A stretch of DNA of 64,000 nt from NCBI RefSeq assembly GCF_009914755.1, contig NC_060936.1. One strand, written 5' to 3'. The notes beneath the pieces were generated by a model. It had not been told where the DNA came from. It made no database searches and saw only the letters and a program-made list of their open reading frames with translations. The DNA is from the human T2T-CHM13v2.0 reference genome, Homo sapiens. Below are positions 63,620 through 64,000 of this stretch, piece after piece (the stretch's first letter is position 1; every line of letters starts with the position of its first letter). The position numbers and the translations under genes were made by a program.

Positions 63620-64000
63620 TAAATTAAGTAAATAGAATAAGTTGTTTTTAAAGATTGCTATTACCATTAATAGCCATTAGGATGTTGCATGAGCAGGGGC
63701 AAAAAAGAAAGGAAAGAAGGAAGAAAGATACGAAATTATATAAAATTACAATTGGAAGCAGAAGGTGCCCTTATTTTAATGTCATGTGATTACATCAATA
63801 ATGACAGAAGCTTCCAAAAATTAATCTGTTATATTGCAGATGTTGAAGTCATATATATTTATTAATCTTATTATTTCTTTTGCTAGTTCTTTGATGTGAC
63901 ATTTTCCTAATACATTTCTTTCTCCTTTGGGCAATAAAGAGGCTTTAAATAAAGAGAACTCTCTAGGTGGCAGTGTTAAGTTGATAATATCAAACTTTGA

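Overview
AT-rich great-ape (most likely human) genomic DNA from inside OTOGL (otogelin-like), transcribed on the + strand. I traced 19 consecutive GT-AG coding exons (2307..61335, 2398 nt). They splice in phase without stops into about 800 aa: end of C8-1, TIL1, E1, VWD2, C8-2, TIL2, E2, TIL', E', VWD3, start of C8-3. Both ends of the gene lie outside the window. The introns are mostly transposon-derived: a young L1 5'UTR, a full-length L1PA7/8-like element, an older L1, a full-length SVA with a perfect 17-bp TSD, a full-length Tigger1, a Charlie1 remnant, an ERV1 internal fragment, a THE1 solo LTR, seven Alus and several MER/MIR pieces. Most retroelements are antisense to the gene. I found no evidence of a wholly new biological system. 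The best leads are: (1) an L1 antisense-promoter/ORF0 locus with a premature stop and a new in-frame ATG that could splice in frame onto OTOGL exons; (2) an apparently unpaired Cys in VWD3; (3) the young SVA; (4) several templated duplication/inversion scars, including a 128-bp duplicate flanking one exon. Subfamily calls come from remembered consensus features and need RepeatMasker/Dfam confirmation.
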